In this document: positions 1-10,375 of the stretch, piece by piece | Position numbering within the stretch: position 1 is the first letter of the stretch | How the letters are laid out: every line of letters starts with the position of its first letter | Assembly: GCA_964360025.1 (NCBI GenBank) | Contig: CAYHUD010000002.1 | Location: 3,602-67,601, forward strand | DNA from: an uncultured Candidatus Saccharibacteria bacterium | GTDB lineage: Bacteria; Patescibacteriota; Minisyncoccia; UBA6257; JAUSGH01 | Direction: 5' to 3' | Length of the DNA stretch: 64,000 nucleotides | Notes under the pieces: generated by a model | What the model was told of the DNA's origin: nothing | The model's database searches: none | The model's input: only the letters and a program-made list of their open reading frames with translations | Program-made: the position numbers and the translations under genes

Positions 1-31
1 CCGCCGTATGTTAAAATAAAGATACTTAGCA

Positions 32-1318
32 ATGGAAAATCTTCAGCCTATTTTACAAGCACTTTATGATTTTTGGGATATCACTAGGGGATTCATCGGG
101 TTCACCTGGTGGTTTTGGCTTTTTCTGGCATTACTCCCCACTTTTCGCTCTGCTTGGCTTGCGTGGAAGCAGTGGGAGTTTTTAGCCAAATCCAAATATA
201 TTTTCTTGGAAATGCGCGTTCCCCGCGAGGTTATGAAAAGTCCGAAGGGTATGGATCAGGTGCTCCACGCTATTCATAACCTCGGCAATTCTCCGGCTGA
301 TTGGCAGGATAAATATCAAGCAGGTGAGGTGCCTCGTCCTTTTACCTTTGAAATCGTGAGTTTTGGCGGCGAGACGCACTTTTATATGCGTTGTTTTTTC
401 AAGCTTAAGGGTTTGGTGGAAGCGTCTTTTTTCGCCTACTATCCCGACGTGGAAATTATTGAGACCGACGATTTTATGGAGCGTATTCCTAAAAATTTTG
501 CCGAGCTGGAAAGCAAGGGTTATGATCTTTTTGGCACAGAGATGGTGCTTGTTAAGGACTCTGTTTATCCACTCCGCACTTATGTTGACTTTGAAACTCC
601 CGACGAGGATAAACAGTTTGACCCCATCTCTACGGTTTTAGAGGTGATGAGCAAGTTAAAGCCGGAGGAGTTTATTGGGGTGCAGATCAATGTTGCGCAG
701 GCCAATGACTGGCCAAAAAAATGGGACGGAGTAGTTAAGGAACTTAGGAAGTCTACGGTTAAGACGGAAGAGGGTTTTAATCTTTTGCAGATGAAGTCAC
801 CGCGTCAGACGAAAGTTTTGGAGGCGGTGGAAGAAAACCTTTCCAAGCCGGCTTTTGAGGCCAGTATCCGTTTTATTTATTTCTCGCCCAAAACCATGTT
901 TTATGACTCATTCCCGCGTCGCGGCATTGTCGGAGCTTTTAACCAATACGCCGCCCAGGATATGAATGCTTTCCGTCAGAATTTTAAAATGATGACTTTA
1001 ACCAAGCTCATCAAGAGCCCATATGTTTTTCCGGCAACGCGTATGAAGATGCGCAAAAAACGCATGCTTTTAAATTTTCAGACGCGTGAAACACCGTCTG
1101 AGACCTTTATTGCATGGCTTCTGTCTAACCACACGTTTAATTGGTATCACTCTCAAAGTACGGAAATTAATACCGAAGTTTTAGCCACGCTTTATCATCC
1201 GCCAACTCATTTGGTTTTAACCGCTCCGCATATGGAGCGTATTGAAAGCCGGAAGGGTGGTCCCGGCGCCGCTCTGCCTATTTACGGCGATGAAAAAGCT
1301 ATAGAGAAATTCCAATAA
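32..1318 (+). CDS. Conserved Patescibacteria membrane-anchored hypothetical protein, typically found next to VirD4/TraD-like ATPases
   Basis: 428-aa ORF with N-terminal TM segment; motifs FEIVSFGG, YYPDVEI, YPLRTY..F, DPIS, ELATLYHPP-like; lies upstream of the coupling-type ATPase. Confidence 0.7.
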   Translation: MENLQPILQALYDFWDITRGFIGFTWWFWLFLALLPTFRSAWLAWKQWEFLAKSKYIFLEMRVPREVMKSPKGMDQVLHAIHNLGNSPADWQDKYQAGEVPRPFTFEIVSFGGETHFYMRCFFKLKGLVEASFFAYYPDVEIIETDDFMERIPKNFAELESKGYDLFGTEMVLVKDSVYPLRTYVDFETPDEDKQFDPISTVLEVMSKLKPEEFIGVQINVAQANDWPKKWDGVVKELRKSTVKTEEGFNLLQMKSPRQTKVLEAVEENLSKPAFEASIRFIYFSPKTMFYDSFPRRGIVGAFNQYAAQDMNAFRQNFKMMTLTKLIKSPYVFPATRMKMRKKRMLLNFQTRETPSETFIAWLLSNHTFNWYHSQSTEINTEVLATLYHPPTHLVLTAPHMERIESRKGGPGAALPIYGDEKAIEKFQ

Positions 1319-1319
1319 T

Positions 1320-1940
1320 ATGCCTCCGCCGCCATTTAACAAACCCGAACCGGCAAAAGATATTTGGTTTGAAATAATCATCCTTCTGGTGTTTATCGCT
1401 ATTTTCGGCGGGGCTCTTTTGGGGCTTTTATATTCCGAAGCGCTCGCGGCGACCGAGACTATTTTGGCAATTATTGATGTTATCATCAAGCCGATTTTTA
1501 TAGTTTTTGACATCATCCTTATATACGGCATTATCTACGCGATAGCTAGGGCCTGGCCTTATCGTCCGACCTTGCATCTGTTTGAGAAGCCACCGGAGAA
1601 GCGCAGGGGCGTTATTAAAGATCCGCGTATTGCCGCGGCTTGGGCGCGTATTATGGAGAAGGCCTCGGCAGACACGCTGGAAAGTTTGCGTTTGGCTATT
1701 ATTGAGGCCGACGCCCTAGTGGACTCGGTTTTAAAGAATGCCGGCTACGAAGGTGATCATCTGGCCGATCGTTTACAGGAGATCTTACCCGAAGAGGTGC
1801 CGAGTTTAGAGCGGCTCTGGAGAGCGCATCGTTTAAGAAACGATATTGTGCACACCCCGGGATTTGCGGTCTTGCCCCAGGACGCCCGCTTTGCTTTATC
1901 ATCGTTTGAAAAATTCCTGAAAGAATTAAACGCGCTATAA
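1320..1940 (+). CDS. Conserved hypothetical membrane protein
   Basis: Two TM helices followed by a helical domain with AIIEADALVD...GDHLADRL...AHRLRNDIVH, a pattern common in CPR. Confidence 0.65.
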   Translation: MPPPPFNKPEPAKDIWFEIIILLVFIAIFGGALLGLLYSEALAATETILAIIDVIIKPIFIVFDIILIYGIIYAIARAWPYRPTLHLFEKPPEKRRGVIKDPRIAAAWARIMEKASADTLESLRLAIIEADALVDSVLKNAGYEGDHLADRLQEILPEEVPSLERLWRAHRLRNDIVHTPGFAVLPQDARFALSSFEKFLKELNAL

Positions 1941-1970
1941 TTAACGGGTGAATGAATTAAAATAAAGGAA

Positions 1971-3749
1971 ATGGATGCTTTTATGGATAGAGAATTTAAT
2001 GCCGACGAGGGTAAATCTACAAAGGATGTGGTTTATTTCGGACGCACTGATTTCAGGAATGCAGAGCGACTTTTTGGTATTCAGAGAAAAGACCGCCGTC
2101 AGCATATGTATGTCATCGGTAAAACAGGAACCGGCAAGTCCGTTTTACTGCACAACCTGATCGTTCAGGATATCGTAAACGGCGACGGTGTTTGCGTGGT
2201 TGATCCGCACGGCGAGTTGATTGAGAGCGTTTTGAATAAAATTCCCAAAGAGCGCGCGAACGACGTCGTCTACTTTAATCCGGCCGATACGGACTTCCCG
2301 ATCGGTTTCAACGTTTTGGAGGTGCCGGATCCCAAGTATAAGCATTTAGTCGCTTCGGGACTCATGGGCATCTTTACCAAGATCTGGTCCAATGTCTGGT
2401 CGGCAAGAATGGAATATATTTTAAATAACGCCATCTTGGCTCTTTTGGATACCCCGAATACCACGCTTTTAGGCATCCCGCGTTTGCTTGTTGATAAAGA
2501 TTATCGCCAGCAGATTATCGCCAACCTGAAAGACCCCGTAGTTCGCGCTTTTTGGGTAAACGAATACGAGGAGTGGCAGGATAAGTTCAGAAGCGAGGCG
2601 ATTGCGCCTATTCAAAACAAAGTCGGTCAATTTCTTTCTACGGCGATCGTCCGAAACGTGGTGGGGCAGGCAAAAAGCACCATCAACATTTTTGATTTGA
2701 TGAATCAAAAAAAGATTTTTCTCGTTAACGTGTCCAAGGGCAGGATCGGAGAGGACAACTCGGCGCTTCTGGGGGCAATGATTATCACGCAGGTGCAGTT
2801 GTCCGCTATGGAGCGCGTGCGTATTCCGGAAGAGACACGCCAGGACTTTTATCTTTACGTTGACGAGTTTCAGAACTTCGCCACCGATTCTTTCGCGAGT
2901 ATTCTATCCGAAGCCAGAAAATATCGTCTCAATCTTATTCTGGCTCACCAATATGTCGGTCAGCTTGTTACGGATGTTTCTACGAGAGTTAGGGACGCCG
3001 TGTTTGGTAACGTGGGCACGATGATTATATTTCGCGTGGGAGCGGCGGATGCCGAGTTTTTAGAGCCGGAGTTTGAACCGGAGTTTGTTATTCAGGACAT
3101 TGTAAACATTCCCAATTATCATATTTATCTAAAAATGATGGTCGGCGGGGTTACTTGCCGTCCTTTTTCAGCAAAAACACTCCCGCCTTTCAAGCTTAAT
3201 GCCGAAGCATTAACAGCCGGAGAAATTATTGAAATTTCACGTAAGGGATATGCCAAGCCCATCCAAGAAATTGAGGGAGAAATCAATCGTTGGAGCGAGG
3301 TGGTGGTTTCCGGCATGGGGGATAAGGTGGAGCGCAAGTCTGAAAGTAAAAAGAGCGCCAAAGAGCTTTTCCCCGCCGTTTGTTCTATGTGCGGCAAAAA
3401 AATAGAGGTTCCCTTTAAGCCCACGCAGGGTCGCCCTATCTACTGCCTGGAAGATATGGAAAAGATTAAGATAAAACAAATTCAACCGCTTGATCCGGGG
3501 ATTTCCGAAAAACACGAAGAGGCAAAACCCGTCAAGGAACCGGCTGTGGTTTTACCAGAGCGCAAAGCGCCTGAAGAAAAATTTATTTCATTAAGAGATC
3601 TGGTGTCAGATCAATCCGCGGAGTCCGAAGTTGAAGAGAAGTCGGAAGTAAGAGCGGCAATAGAGACGAAGAAAGCATCTCCCGATATCCAAAGCATTAA
3701 AGATTTGATTAAGAAAGCTACCGGCAGAAACATGGAAGAAAAAAAATAA
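1971..3749 (+). CDS. VirD4/TraD/HerA-like P-loop ATPase (type IV secretion coupling-like) with C-terminal CxxC-x17-Cxx zinc-ribbon
   Basis: Walker A GKTGTGKS, VDPHGE, Walker B LYVDEFQNF, EARKYRL, AHQY; CSMC...PFKP..GRPIYC. Confidence 0.85.
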   Translation: MDAFMDREFNADEGKSTKDVVYFGRTDFRNAERLFGIQRKDRRQHMYVIGKTGTGKSVLLHNLIVQDIVNGDGVCVVDPHGELIESVLNKIPKERANDVVYFNPADTDFPIGFNVLEVPDPKYKHLVASGLMGIFTKIWSNVWSARMEYILNNAILALLDTPNTTLLGIPRLLVDKDYRQQIIANLKDPVVRAFWVNEYEEWQDKFRSEAIAPIQNKVGQFLSTAIVRNVVGQAKSTINIFDLMNQKKIFLVNVSKGRIGEDNSALLGAMIITQVQLSAMERVRIPEETRQDFYLYVDEFQNFATDSFASILSEARKYRLNLILAHQYVGQLVTDVSTRVRDAVFGNVGTMIIFRVGAADAEFLEPEFEPEFVIQDIVNIPNYHIYLKMMVGGVTCRPFSAKTLPPFKLNAEALTAGEIIEISRKGYAKPIQEIEGEINRWSEVVVSGMGDKVERKSESKKSAKELFPAVCSMCGKKIEVPFKPTQGRPIYCLEDMEKIKIKQIQPLDPGISEKHEEAKPVKEPAVVLPERKAPEEKFISLRDLVSDQSAESEVEEKSEVRAAIETKKASPDIQSIKDLIKKATGRNMEEKK

Positions 3750-3768
3750 TCCGCCTAAGGGCCGGATT
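3748..3768. terminator. Hairpin between convergent genes (possible bidirectional terminator)
   Basis: AATCCG-CCTAAGG-GCCGGATT imperfect inverted repeat between the ATPase stop and the efp stop. Confidence 0.45.
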
Positions 3769-4339
3769 ATTTACTTTTTTCCACTCTTTCCACGTATTCT
3801 CCCGTTTGCGTATTGATTTTGATCAGGTCGCCCGTATTTACGAAAAGAGGAACCTGGATGGTAGCTCCCGTTTCAAGTTCCGCGGCCTTTGATCCGCCCT
3901 GTGCGGTATTACCCCGTTCTCCCGGCGGAGTTTCTTTTACTAGCAAGTCCATTTTGATCGGCGCTTCAATATTAATTATTTTATCACCCCACTTGACTGC
4001 CGTAACATCGGTATTGGCTTTTAGAAACTTTGCCGCAGACCCCACGGCCTCTTCTTTAAGCGAGAATCTCTTGGAGGGGTCATTTTTGGGTGTAAACCAG
4101 CACTCACCTTTATTTTTATAGATGAATTTTATCGGTTCTTTTTCAATTTCCACTTCTTCAAAACGTTCATTTTGATGAAAATTACGAGTTAAAATTTTGC
4201 CCGTTAAAAGGCTTTTAAATTCCACCTGCGCCACCGGTTTTCTTTGTTGCATTCTTAAAAAAGCGTAGGCCAGAACTTCATATGGCTCGCCCTCGTAGAG
4301 AAATGCCGTCCCAATTTTTAAATCATCATAATTCAGCAT
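3767..4339 (-). CDS. efp: Elongation factor P
   Basis: TPPGERGNTAQGGSKAAELETG..IQVPLFV..GD.IKINT..GEYVER; start moved to ATG 4339 (MLNYDDLK). Confidence 0.95.
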   Translation of the reverse strand: MLNYDDLKIGTAFLYEGEPYEVLAYAFLRMQQRKPVAQVEFKSLLTGKILTRNFHQNERFEEVEIEKEPIKFIYKNKGECWFTPKNDPSKRFSLKEEAVGSAAKFLKANTDVTAVKWGDKIINIEAPIKMDLLVKETPPGERGNTAQGGSKAAELETGATIQVPLFVNTGDLIKINTQTGEYVERVEKSK

Positions 4340-4448
4340 ACGAAAAATATTATACTGCAGAGGACTGTTTATCGTCAATATGTTGAACTGGAGGATATAT
4401 TAAATGCTATAATATATAATATATCGAGGACATCTTAAAATTACGCCT

Positions 4449-6516
4449 ATGCCCGATAAATTTAAGGACATTTTTCGTTATTTCAGAAGACATTTTGCCG
4501 CTGATTTTATTTATTTTACTAGCTGTTTTCGCTTTCGCTATTGGTTTCTATGGTTATGTTGAGTTAAAAAAAGATTGGACGCGGAGTTTGTATTTTCAGA
4601 GAAAACTTACGGCATCTATTGCCGCCACCATGCTTCGGGAACGACTTAGTGGTTTGGTTGATGTCAGCGTTTTATTGGCGGGCATGGTAGATGTGCGGGA
4701 GCACATTGAAGCCGGTGAGTGGGACGAAGCTGTTAAACATATCGGTTTGGGTTTTCTTAAGTCCGGTGTTGTTGATCATGTTTTTATCGCTGATCCCATG
4801 GGTACATTCAGAGCGGATACCCCACCATCGCCCGAATTAATCGGGCAGAATTTTGCTTGGCGTGATTGGTATAAAGGGGTTTCTAAAGAAAAGAATGGAA
4901 GCCTTATGTTTCCGAGGTTTAATAAGAGAAAAATCATTCCAGAATATAACGTAGTTGCGGTAACCGTGCCAATTAAAAACGTCGCAAATTCTGTAATCGG
5001 CATTTTAGTTTTACAAGTTAAGTTGGATACCTTTCTGGAGTGGACCAAAGAAATAACAGTGGGGTCAAAAGGTTTCGTTTATTTCGTTGATCAAAGGGGT
5101 CAGATCGTTGCCAATCCCACATATCCATCTCAAGAAGAAATCATTGATTATTCCGCCGTGCAAGTTGTGCAAAGGGTTTTAGCTGGCGAGAGCGGCGCAG
5201 ATGTTTTCTTTAATCCGATTGAAAAAGAAGATAGACTCTCTGCTTTTGGACCGGTTGCGGAATATGGGTGGGGTGTCGTAGTTCAGCAGGATGTCATCCA
5301 AGCATTTGCGATGCGTGATCGTGACCTAAAGGTTCTATTAGCCGCATATATTTTTATGGCTATATTTTTCATAACCATATTTTTTTATACGACAAGGTTA
5401 ATCAATGGTCTAAGAAAAAGAGAGGAATTAATTGAAAGTCAGAAAAAAGCATTATTAGACAAAGAAGAATTAGAAAAGTTTTATAAGGCTGTGGCTTCCG
5501 CGGGAGAGCATATCATCATCACCGACTTCGATGGGAAAATTATTTACGCCAACAAAGCCGCCGAAGAAATCACGGGATATTCTATGAAAGAAATGTTGGG
5601 CCAAACACCGCGGCTTTGGGGCGGGTTAATGCCTCGCGAGTTTTATGAAAAAATGTGGAAGACGATTAAGGAGGACAAGAAGCCGTTTCGTGGGGAAATT
5701 CAAAATAAAAAGAAAAATGGTCAATTATATTTCGCGAATACGCGCATCTCTCCTGTTCTGGATGAAAACGGCAATGCCAAGTTTTTTGTGGGTATTGAGC
5801 GGGATATTTCAGAGGAAAAGGCTTTGGAGAAAGCTCGTGCCGATCTTTTGACTTTAGCTTCGCATCAATTGCGCACCCCGCTCTCAGGTACGAAGTGGCT
5901 GATTGAAACGTTGCGACGGGGAGTTTTGGGTCGGATTAATAAAAAACAAGTCGCGTATCTTGACTAGATCTATTCCATTAACGAACGGATGATTAAGCTT
6001 GTTTGCGACATGTTAAACACCCCGAAGATTGAAAGCGAAAGGAGTGAAATTTGGTTGCAAAAGATCGCTTATGCGGATGTCATAAAACATATTAAAGAAA
6101 TGTTGGGACCGGCCGCGGAAGAAAGAGGTGTCAAATTAAAGACAGAAGTTATTGGCAAAGAGAATTATTCCATTAACACGGATAAACAGATTCTGGGCAT
6201 TATTCTTGAGTGTCTTGTGGCTAACGCCATCAATTATTCCTCTTCCGGACAGGAAATTGTGCTTGATATACGAAAAGAAGGCGAATATTTTATCTTTTCT
6301 GTAAAAGATTCGGGTATCGGCATTCCCAAAGAGGAGCAAGATCGTATTTTTGAGCGTTTTTATCGTGCCGCCAACGCGAAAACTTTTAAACCGGACGGGA
6401 CCGGACTCGGTCTTAATCTCGCCCAAATGCTGGCGCAGAGGATCGGAGCTAAGATAACTTTTGAGTCGGAAGTCGGGAGGGGGTCTATATTTTACCTCCG
6501 TATTCCGCGGGGGTGA
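4449..6516 (+). pseudogene. Disrupted sensor histidine kinase (dCache-PAS-HisKA-HATPase)
   Basis: ORFs 4495-5967 and 5989-6516 are in one frame separated only by TAG 5965-5967; H-box ASHQLRTPL, N-box NAINYS, D-G-G and GTGLGL boxes; extra frameshift lesions near 4494 and 4891-4921. Confidence 0.8.
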
Positions 6517-6600
6517 TATTAGGATGAGGTAGATTTTATAAATTGCGGAGGTCGCCCAGCTATTATTTGCACCCTACGTTCCAGAGTGTATAATAAAAAT

Positions 6601-6996
6601 ATGCCCAGGATATTAATTGCCGAAGACGAAGAATTCTTGATTATGGCTCTAAAAGACAATCTAGAGTCCGAAGATTATAATGTTGATGTCGCGAGAGACG
6701 GCGAAGAGGTGTTAAAACAGCTTAAAAAACACAAGCCTCAGATTGTGCTTTTAGACCTTTTAATGCCCCAAAAGGATGGTTTTTATGTCTTGGAGGAAAT
6801 GAAGAAAAATCCGGAGTGGAAATTGATTCCGGTGATTGTGCTCTCTAATTTAGGAGGTGATGCCGATATCAAAAGGGCTCTGGCATTGGGCGCTGAAGAT
6901 TATTTTATCAAGTCCCAGCACCCCATTGAGGAGGTTATTGATAAAATTAAAGAATATTCGCAAGGGAAGAGTTTTGTAAAAAAAGAGAGTGCTTAG
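6601..6996 (+). CDS. Single-domain response regulator (receiver)
   Basis: ILIAEDE, LLDLLMP..DG, VLSN, YFIK motifs. Confidence 0.9.
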   Translation: MPRILIAEDEEFLIMALKDNLESEDYNVDVARDGEEVLKQLKKHKPQIVLLDLLMPQKDGFYVLEEMKKNPEWKLIPVIVLSNLGGDADIKRALALGAEDYFIKSQHPIEEVIDKIKEYSQGKSFVKKESA

Positions 6997-7034
6997 CAAT
7001 ATTCGGATTATGGGGTGGATGAATCTTTAATAAA

Positions 7035-8771
7035 ATGAAAAAAGGTACATTGATAATCGGATTCATGGTGGTGGCTACGGGGTTGCTTTTGACATCTTCG
7101 GCTGAAGCGGCGTCGTTCTTTTTTTCGCCTTCCAGTTTTGAAACCGGCGTGGGAGGAAAGGTGATCATGAATCTCAAAATCAATAGCGATGAAGCTAGTC
7201 TTAATGCCGCTCAGACTATCATTAATTTCCCGCCAAGCAATCTGGAGGTTGTTTCCGTGGATAAAGAAGGATCCATCTTTAATTTTTGGCTGGAAGACCC
7301 TGAGTTTTCCAATACTAACGGCACTATTTCCCTTGCCGGAGGAACGCCTAATGGCGTATCCGGAAGTTCGCTTCAAGTTTTAAAGATTACTTTCGTCGCC
7401 AAGGGAAGCGGCAGTGGCTCCATAACTTTAACCGATGCCGCGATTGCGGCATCTGACGGCAGCGGTACAAATATTTTATCTAAGATACTGGACTCGGCTT
7501 TTGTCATTACTACCGCGCGCGAAACGGCTCCTGTGGCAAAACCGGCGGCGGAGGTTATTCCTGTGCCGACTCAAATAGTAAGAAAGGCTGTTCCTACGGG
7601 CAAGCTCCCGATCAAGCCCGTGATTGTCATTCCGCTTTTTCCCGAAGAAGCAAGGTGGTACAACTTTGTCGGTCCGTTTGTCGCCAGCTGGGGATTGCCG
7701 GAAGATGTGACGGATGTGGCAACGGCGATTGATAAAGCTCCCAAGTTCGCGCCTACGAAATCCGAGGGGTTGTTTGACAATAAGGCCTTTCCCGCTCCGG
7801 TTGATGGGGCTTCTTATCTGCATGTTCGCTTTAAAAACAATGTTGGTTGGGGACCCGCCGCCCACTATCGCTTGGCTGTGGATACCGCACCACCGCTCGC
7901 TTTTGAAATCAAGGTTTTAGAGGGTAATTCCACGGATAATCCGACTCCCACTTTGCAATTTGAAACAAGCGACGCGCTTTCAGGATTGGATGAATATCAG
8001 ATTAAAGTTGGTGAGAGTAGTGCTGTAGTTGTTTCATCCGTCGGGTTTAAGAAGTCGGCTATTTTGCCTCTGCAGTCACCCGGTAAAAAGCGGATTATTG
8101 TAAAGGCCACCGACTTTGCGGGAAATGGAATAGAAAGCATGGTGGATTTGGAAATCACCCCTATCCCACAGCCAGTCATCACTTTTGTGACTAAACAGCT
8201 TTTTTCCGATGAAAATCAGGGGCTCGTGATACGGGGCACGGCCGTGACTGGAACCAGGCTTTCCTTGCGGCTTTATTTTGGAACTGAGTTGGTTGCTGAC
8301 AAAAAACCAGCAGTGGATTCTTTGGGAAATTGGGAGTTTGCTTTTGACGAACAGTTAAAAAACGGTAAATATAAAATCATTGCCCAGAGCTCGGATTTGA
8401 GAGGAGCCCTTTCTTTAGACGTGGATTCCGGAACGATTACAGTCAAAGACAAGCCGATTGTTCAATTTGGATCATTGCAGTTGGGCAAGGGCGGAGCCGG
8501 AATCTTGTTGCTTGTAATTTTAGTTTTTGGTTTTGGGAGCGGTATATGGTTCTATAAAAGAAGACAGAAGAAGCTGTCGCTTAGAGTCTCTTTTACCGCT
8601 TCGGAGATATCAAAAATATTTCAATTGATCGGCGAGGATGTTAAGTCCGTACAGAAAGCATTGGAAACTCCCACTACGGCGGATGACCAATATAGTCTGA
8701 CTAAGTTGAGAGATAATCTTAAGAAAATGGAAGTTTATCTTAGAAAAGGTTTGGAAAAAATTGAAAAATAA
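7035..8771 (+). CDS. Surface protein: signal peptide, cohesin-like domain, Ig-like domains, C-terminal TM anchor
   Basis: N-terminal signal; SIFNFW..P.FSN..GTISLAGG cohesin-like pattern; VDT.PP..F, D.LSGL..Y Ig-like repeats; C-terminal TM followed by KRR. Confidence 0.75.
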   Translation: MKKGTLIIGFMVVATGLLLTSSAEAASFFFSPSSFETGVGGKVIMNLKINSDEASLNAAQTIINFPPSNLEVVSVDKEGSIFNFWLEDPEFSNTNGTISLAGGTPNGVSGSSLQVLKITFVAKGSGSGSITLTDAAIAASDGSGTNILSKILDSAFVITTARETAPVAKPAAEVIPVPTQIVRKAVPTGKLPIKPVIVIPLFPEEARWYNFVGPFVASWGLPEDVTDVATAIDKAPKFAPTKSEGLFDNKAFPAPVDGASYLHVRFKNNVGWGPAAHYRLAVDTAPPLAFEIKVLEGNSTDNPTPTLQFETSDALSGLDEYQIKVGESSAVVVSSVGFKKSAILPLQSPGKKRIIVKATDFAGNGIESMVDLEITPIPQPVITFVTKQLFSDENQGLVIRGTAVTGTRLSLRLYFGTELVADKKPAVDSLGNWEFAFDEQLKNGKYKIIAQSSDLRGALSLDVDSGTITVKDKPIVQFGSLQLGKGGAGILLLVILVFGFGSGIWFYKRRQKKLSLRVSFTASEISKIFQLIGEDVKSVQKALETPTTADDQYSLTKLRDNLKKMEVYLRKGLEKIEK

Positions 8772-8774
8772 ATT

Positions 8775-9176
8775 ATGAAAGAAACGCAAAAGAAAATATT
8801 GGCGGTATTGATCGTGGAAGACGAAGCGGCCGTTTCCGGAGTTTTAAGAGATAACTTGGAGAATGAGGGATTTGAGGTTTTTATCGCCACTGATGGCGAA
8901 GAGGGTTTGAACATGGCTTTAAAAGAAAAGCCTGATCTGATACTTTTAGACATTTTACTTCCCAAAATTGACGGCACGACCGTCATGCAAAAATTAAGAG
9001 AAGATTCTTGGGGTAAAACAGTGCCCATCATCCTTTTAACAAATTTAGAGGCCGATGCGGAGAAAATGAGAAGGGTGGCTAAAGATGAACCCGCTTACTA
9101 TATGGTTAAGAGCGCATGGAAAATGGAAGATGTTGTCGCTAAAGTTAAAGAGGTCTTGGAAACGGATAAGAAATAA
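8775..9176 (+). CDS. Single-domain response regulator (receiver)
   Basis: LIVEDE, PDLILLDILLPKIDG, LTN, YMVK. Confidence 0.9.
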   Translation: MKETQKKILAVLIVEDEAAVSGVLRDNLENEGFEVFIATDGEEGLNMALKEKPDLILLDILLPKIDGTTVMQKLREDSWGKTVPIILLTNLEADAEKMRRVAKDEPAYYMVKSAWKMEDVVAKVKEVLETDKK

Positions 9177-9236
9177 CTTTTGGAGAACATAGATGACAAA
9201 AATATAGGGAAGTGTTAGAATAGAGCGACAAACCCT

Positions 9237-10298
9237 ATGCGTGGATTAAAGAAAAAAGTTTTCGTAGCCATGTCGGGAGGCGTGGACTCCTCGGTTGCGG
9301 CCGCTCTTTTAAGAGAGCGGGGATTTGACGTTACCGGGGTTTATATTAAGTGCTATAACCTAGACGGTTGTAGCGAGCGTGATGCCGAAGATGCTCGACG
9401 TGTAGCGGGGCAGCTTGATATTCCTTTTTATGTATTTGATTTAGAGAATGAATATAAGGAGCTGGTTGTGAAATATATGATTGCCGGATATAAGAAGGGA
9501 ATTACGCCCAATCCGGACGTGATGTGCAATAAAGAAATCAAGTTTGGCTTATTTTTTAAAAAAGCGCTAGCTTTGGGCGCCAATTATGTGGCGACGGGGC
9601 ACTATGTTCAGCTACGAAATACTAACAATTTTCGTAGCTTATTGGCGGCAAAAGACAAAAATAAAGATCAGTCTTATTTTTTATGGACGCTGACACAAAA
9701 ACAGCTGAAGCATTGTTTGTTTCCGATCGGAGAATATAAAAAACCAGAGGTAAGGCGGCTGGCTCATAAATTTGATCTTGTGACCGCGGAGAAAAAAGAC
9801 TCGCAGGGAATTTGTTTTTTAGGCAAGGTTTCCGCTTTTGATTTTCTGAGGAAATACATTCCGGAAAAACCCGGCAATATCCTAAATATTGCAGGGGAAG
9901 TTATCGGATGTCACCGCGGAGCGTATTTTTATACCATCGGTCAGCGTCACGGTTTGGGGCTAAGCGGAGGCGGACCATTTTATGTATCTGCTAAAAATGC
10001 GCGTAAAAATACCATCACTGTTGCCGTGGGTGACAAAGACCCCCTTCTATATAGTAAAGAAGTTTGTTTAACCGCCGTGAATTTTATACGCCCCATCATT
10101 CAACGTTCTTTATCCGCTATTCGTGTTAAGGCGCGGGTACGTTACCGCCAGCCATTGTGCGGGGCTAAGCTGATTAAAGATGGTAGTCGGTGGAAGCTGG
10201 GTTTTATGAAACCGGTGCGTTATGTGGCCGCAGGCCAATCAGCTGTATTTTATAATACTAAAGGAGAGATGCTAGGAGGGGGAGTTATCTGTGGTTAG
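9237..10298 (+). CDS. mnmA: tRNA-specific 2-thiouridylase MnmA
   Basis: AMSGGVDSSV, TPNPDVMCN.EIKF, ATGHY, KDQSYFL, DSQGICF, YTIGQR.G, GQSAVFY. Confidence 0.97.
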   Translation: MRGLKKKVFVAMSGGVDSSVAAALLRERGFDVTGVYIKCYNLDGCSERDAEDARRVAGQLDIPFYVFDLENEYKELVVKYMIAGYKKGITPNPDVMCNKEIKFGLFFKKALALGANYVATGHYVQLRNTNNFRSLLAAKDKNKDQSYFLWTLTQKQLKHCLFPIGEYKKPEVRRLAHKFDLVTAEKKDSQGICFLGKVSAFDFLRKYIPEKPGNILNIAGEVIGCHRGAYFYTIGQRHGLGLSGGGPFYVSAKNARKNTITVAVGDKDPLLYSKEVCLTAVNFIRPIIQRSLSAIRVKARVRYRQPLCGAKLIKDGSRWKLGFMKPVRYVAAGQSAVFYNTKGEMLGGGVICG

Positions 10299-10375
10299 TG
10301 GCGGGTTCATTTGTGACTCCCGTATCCCGATCCAGGTTAAATAAATAGGGAGATGTTTAATAAAGGAGAACCGAC

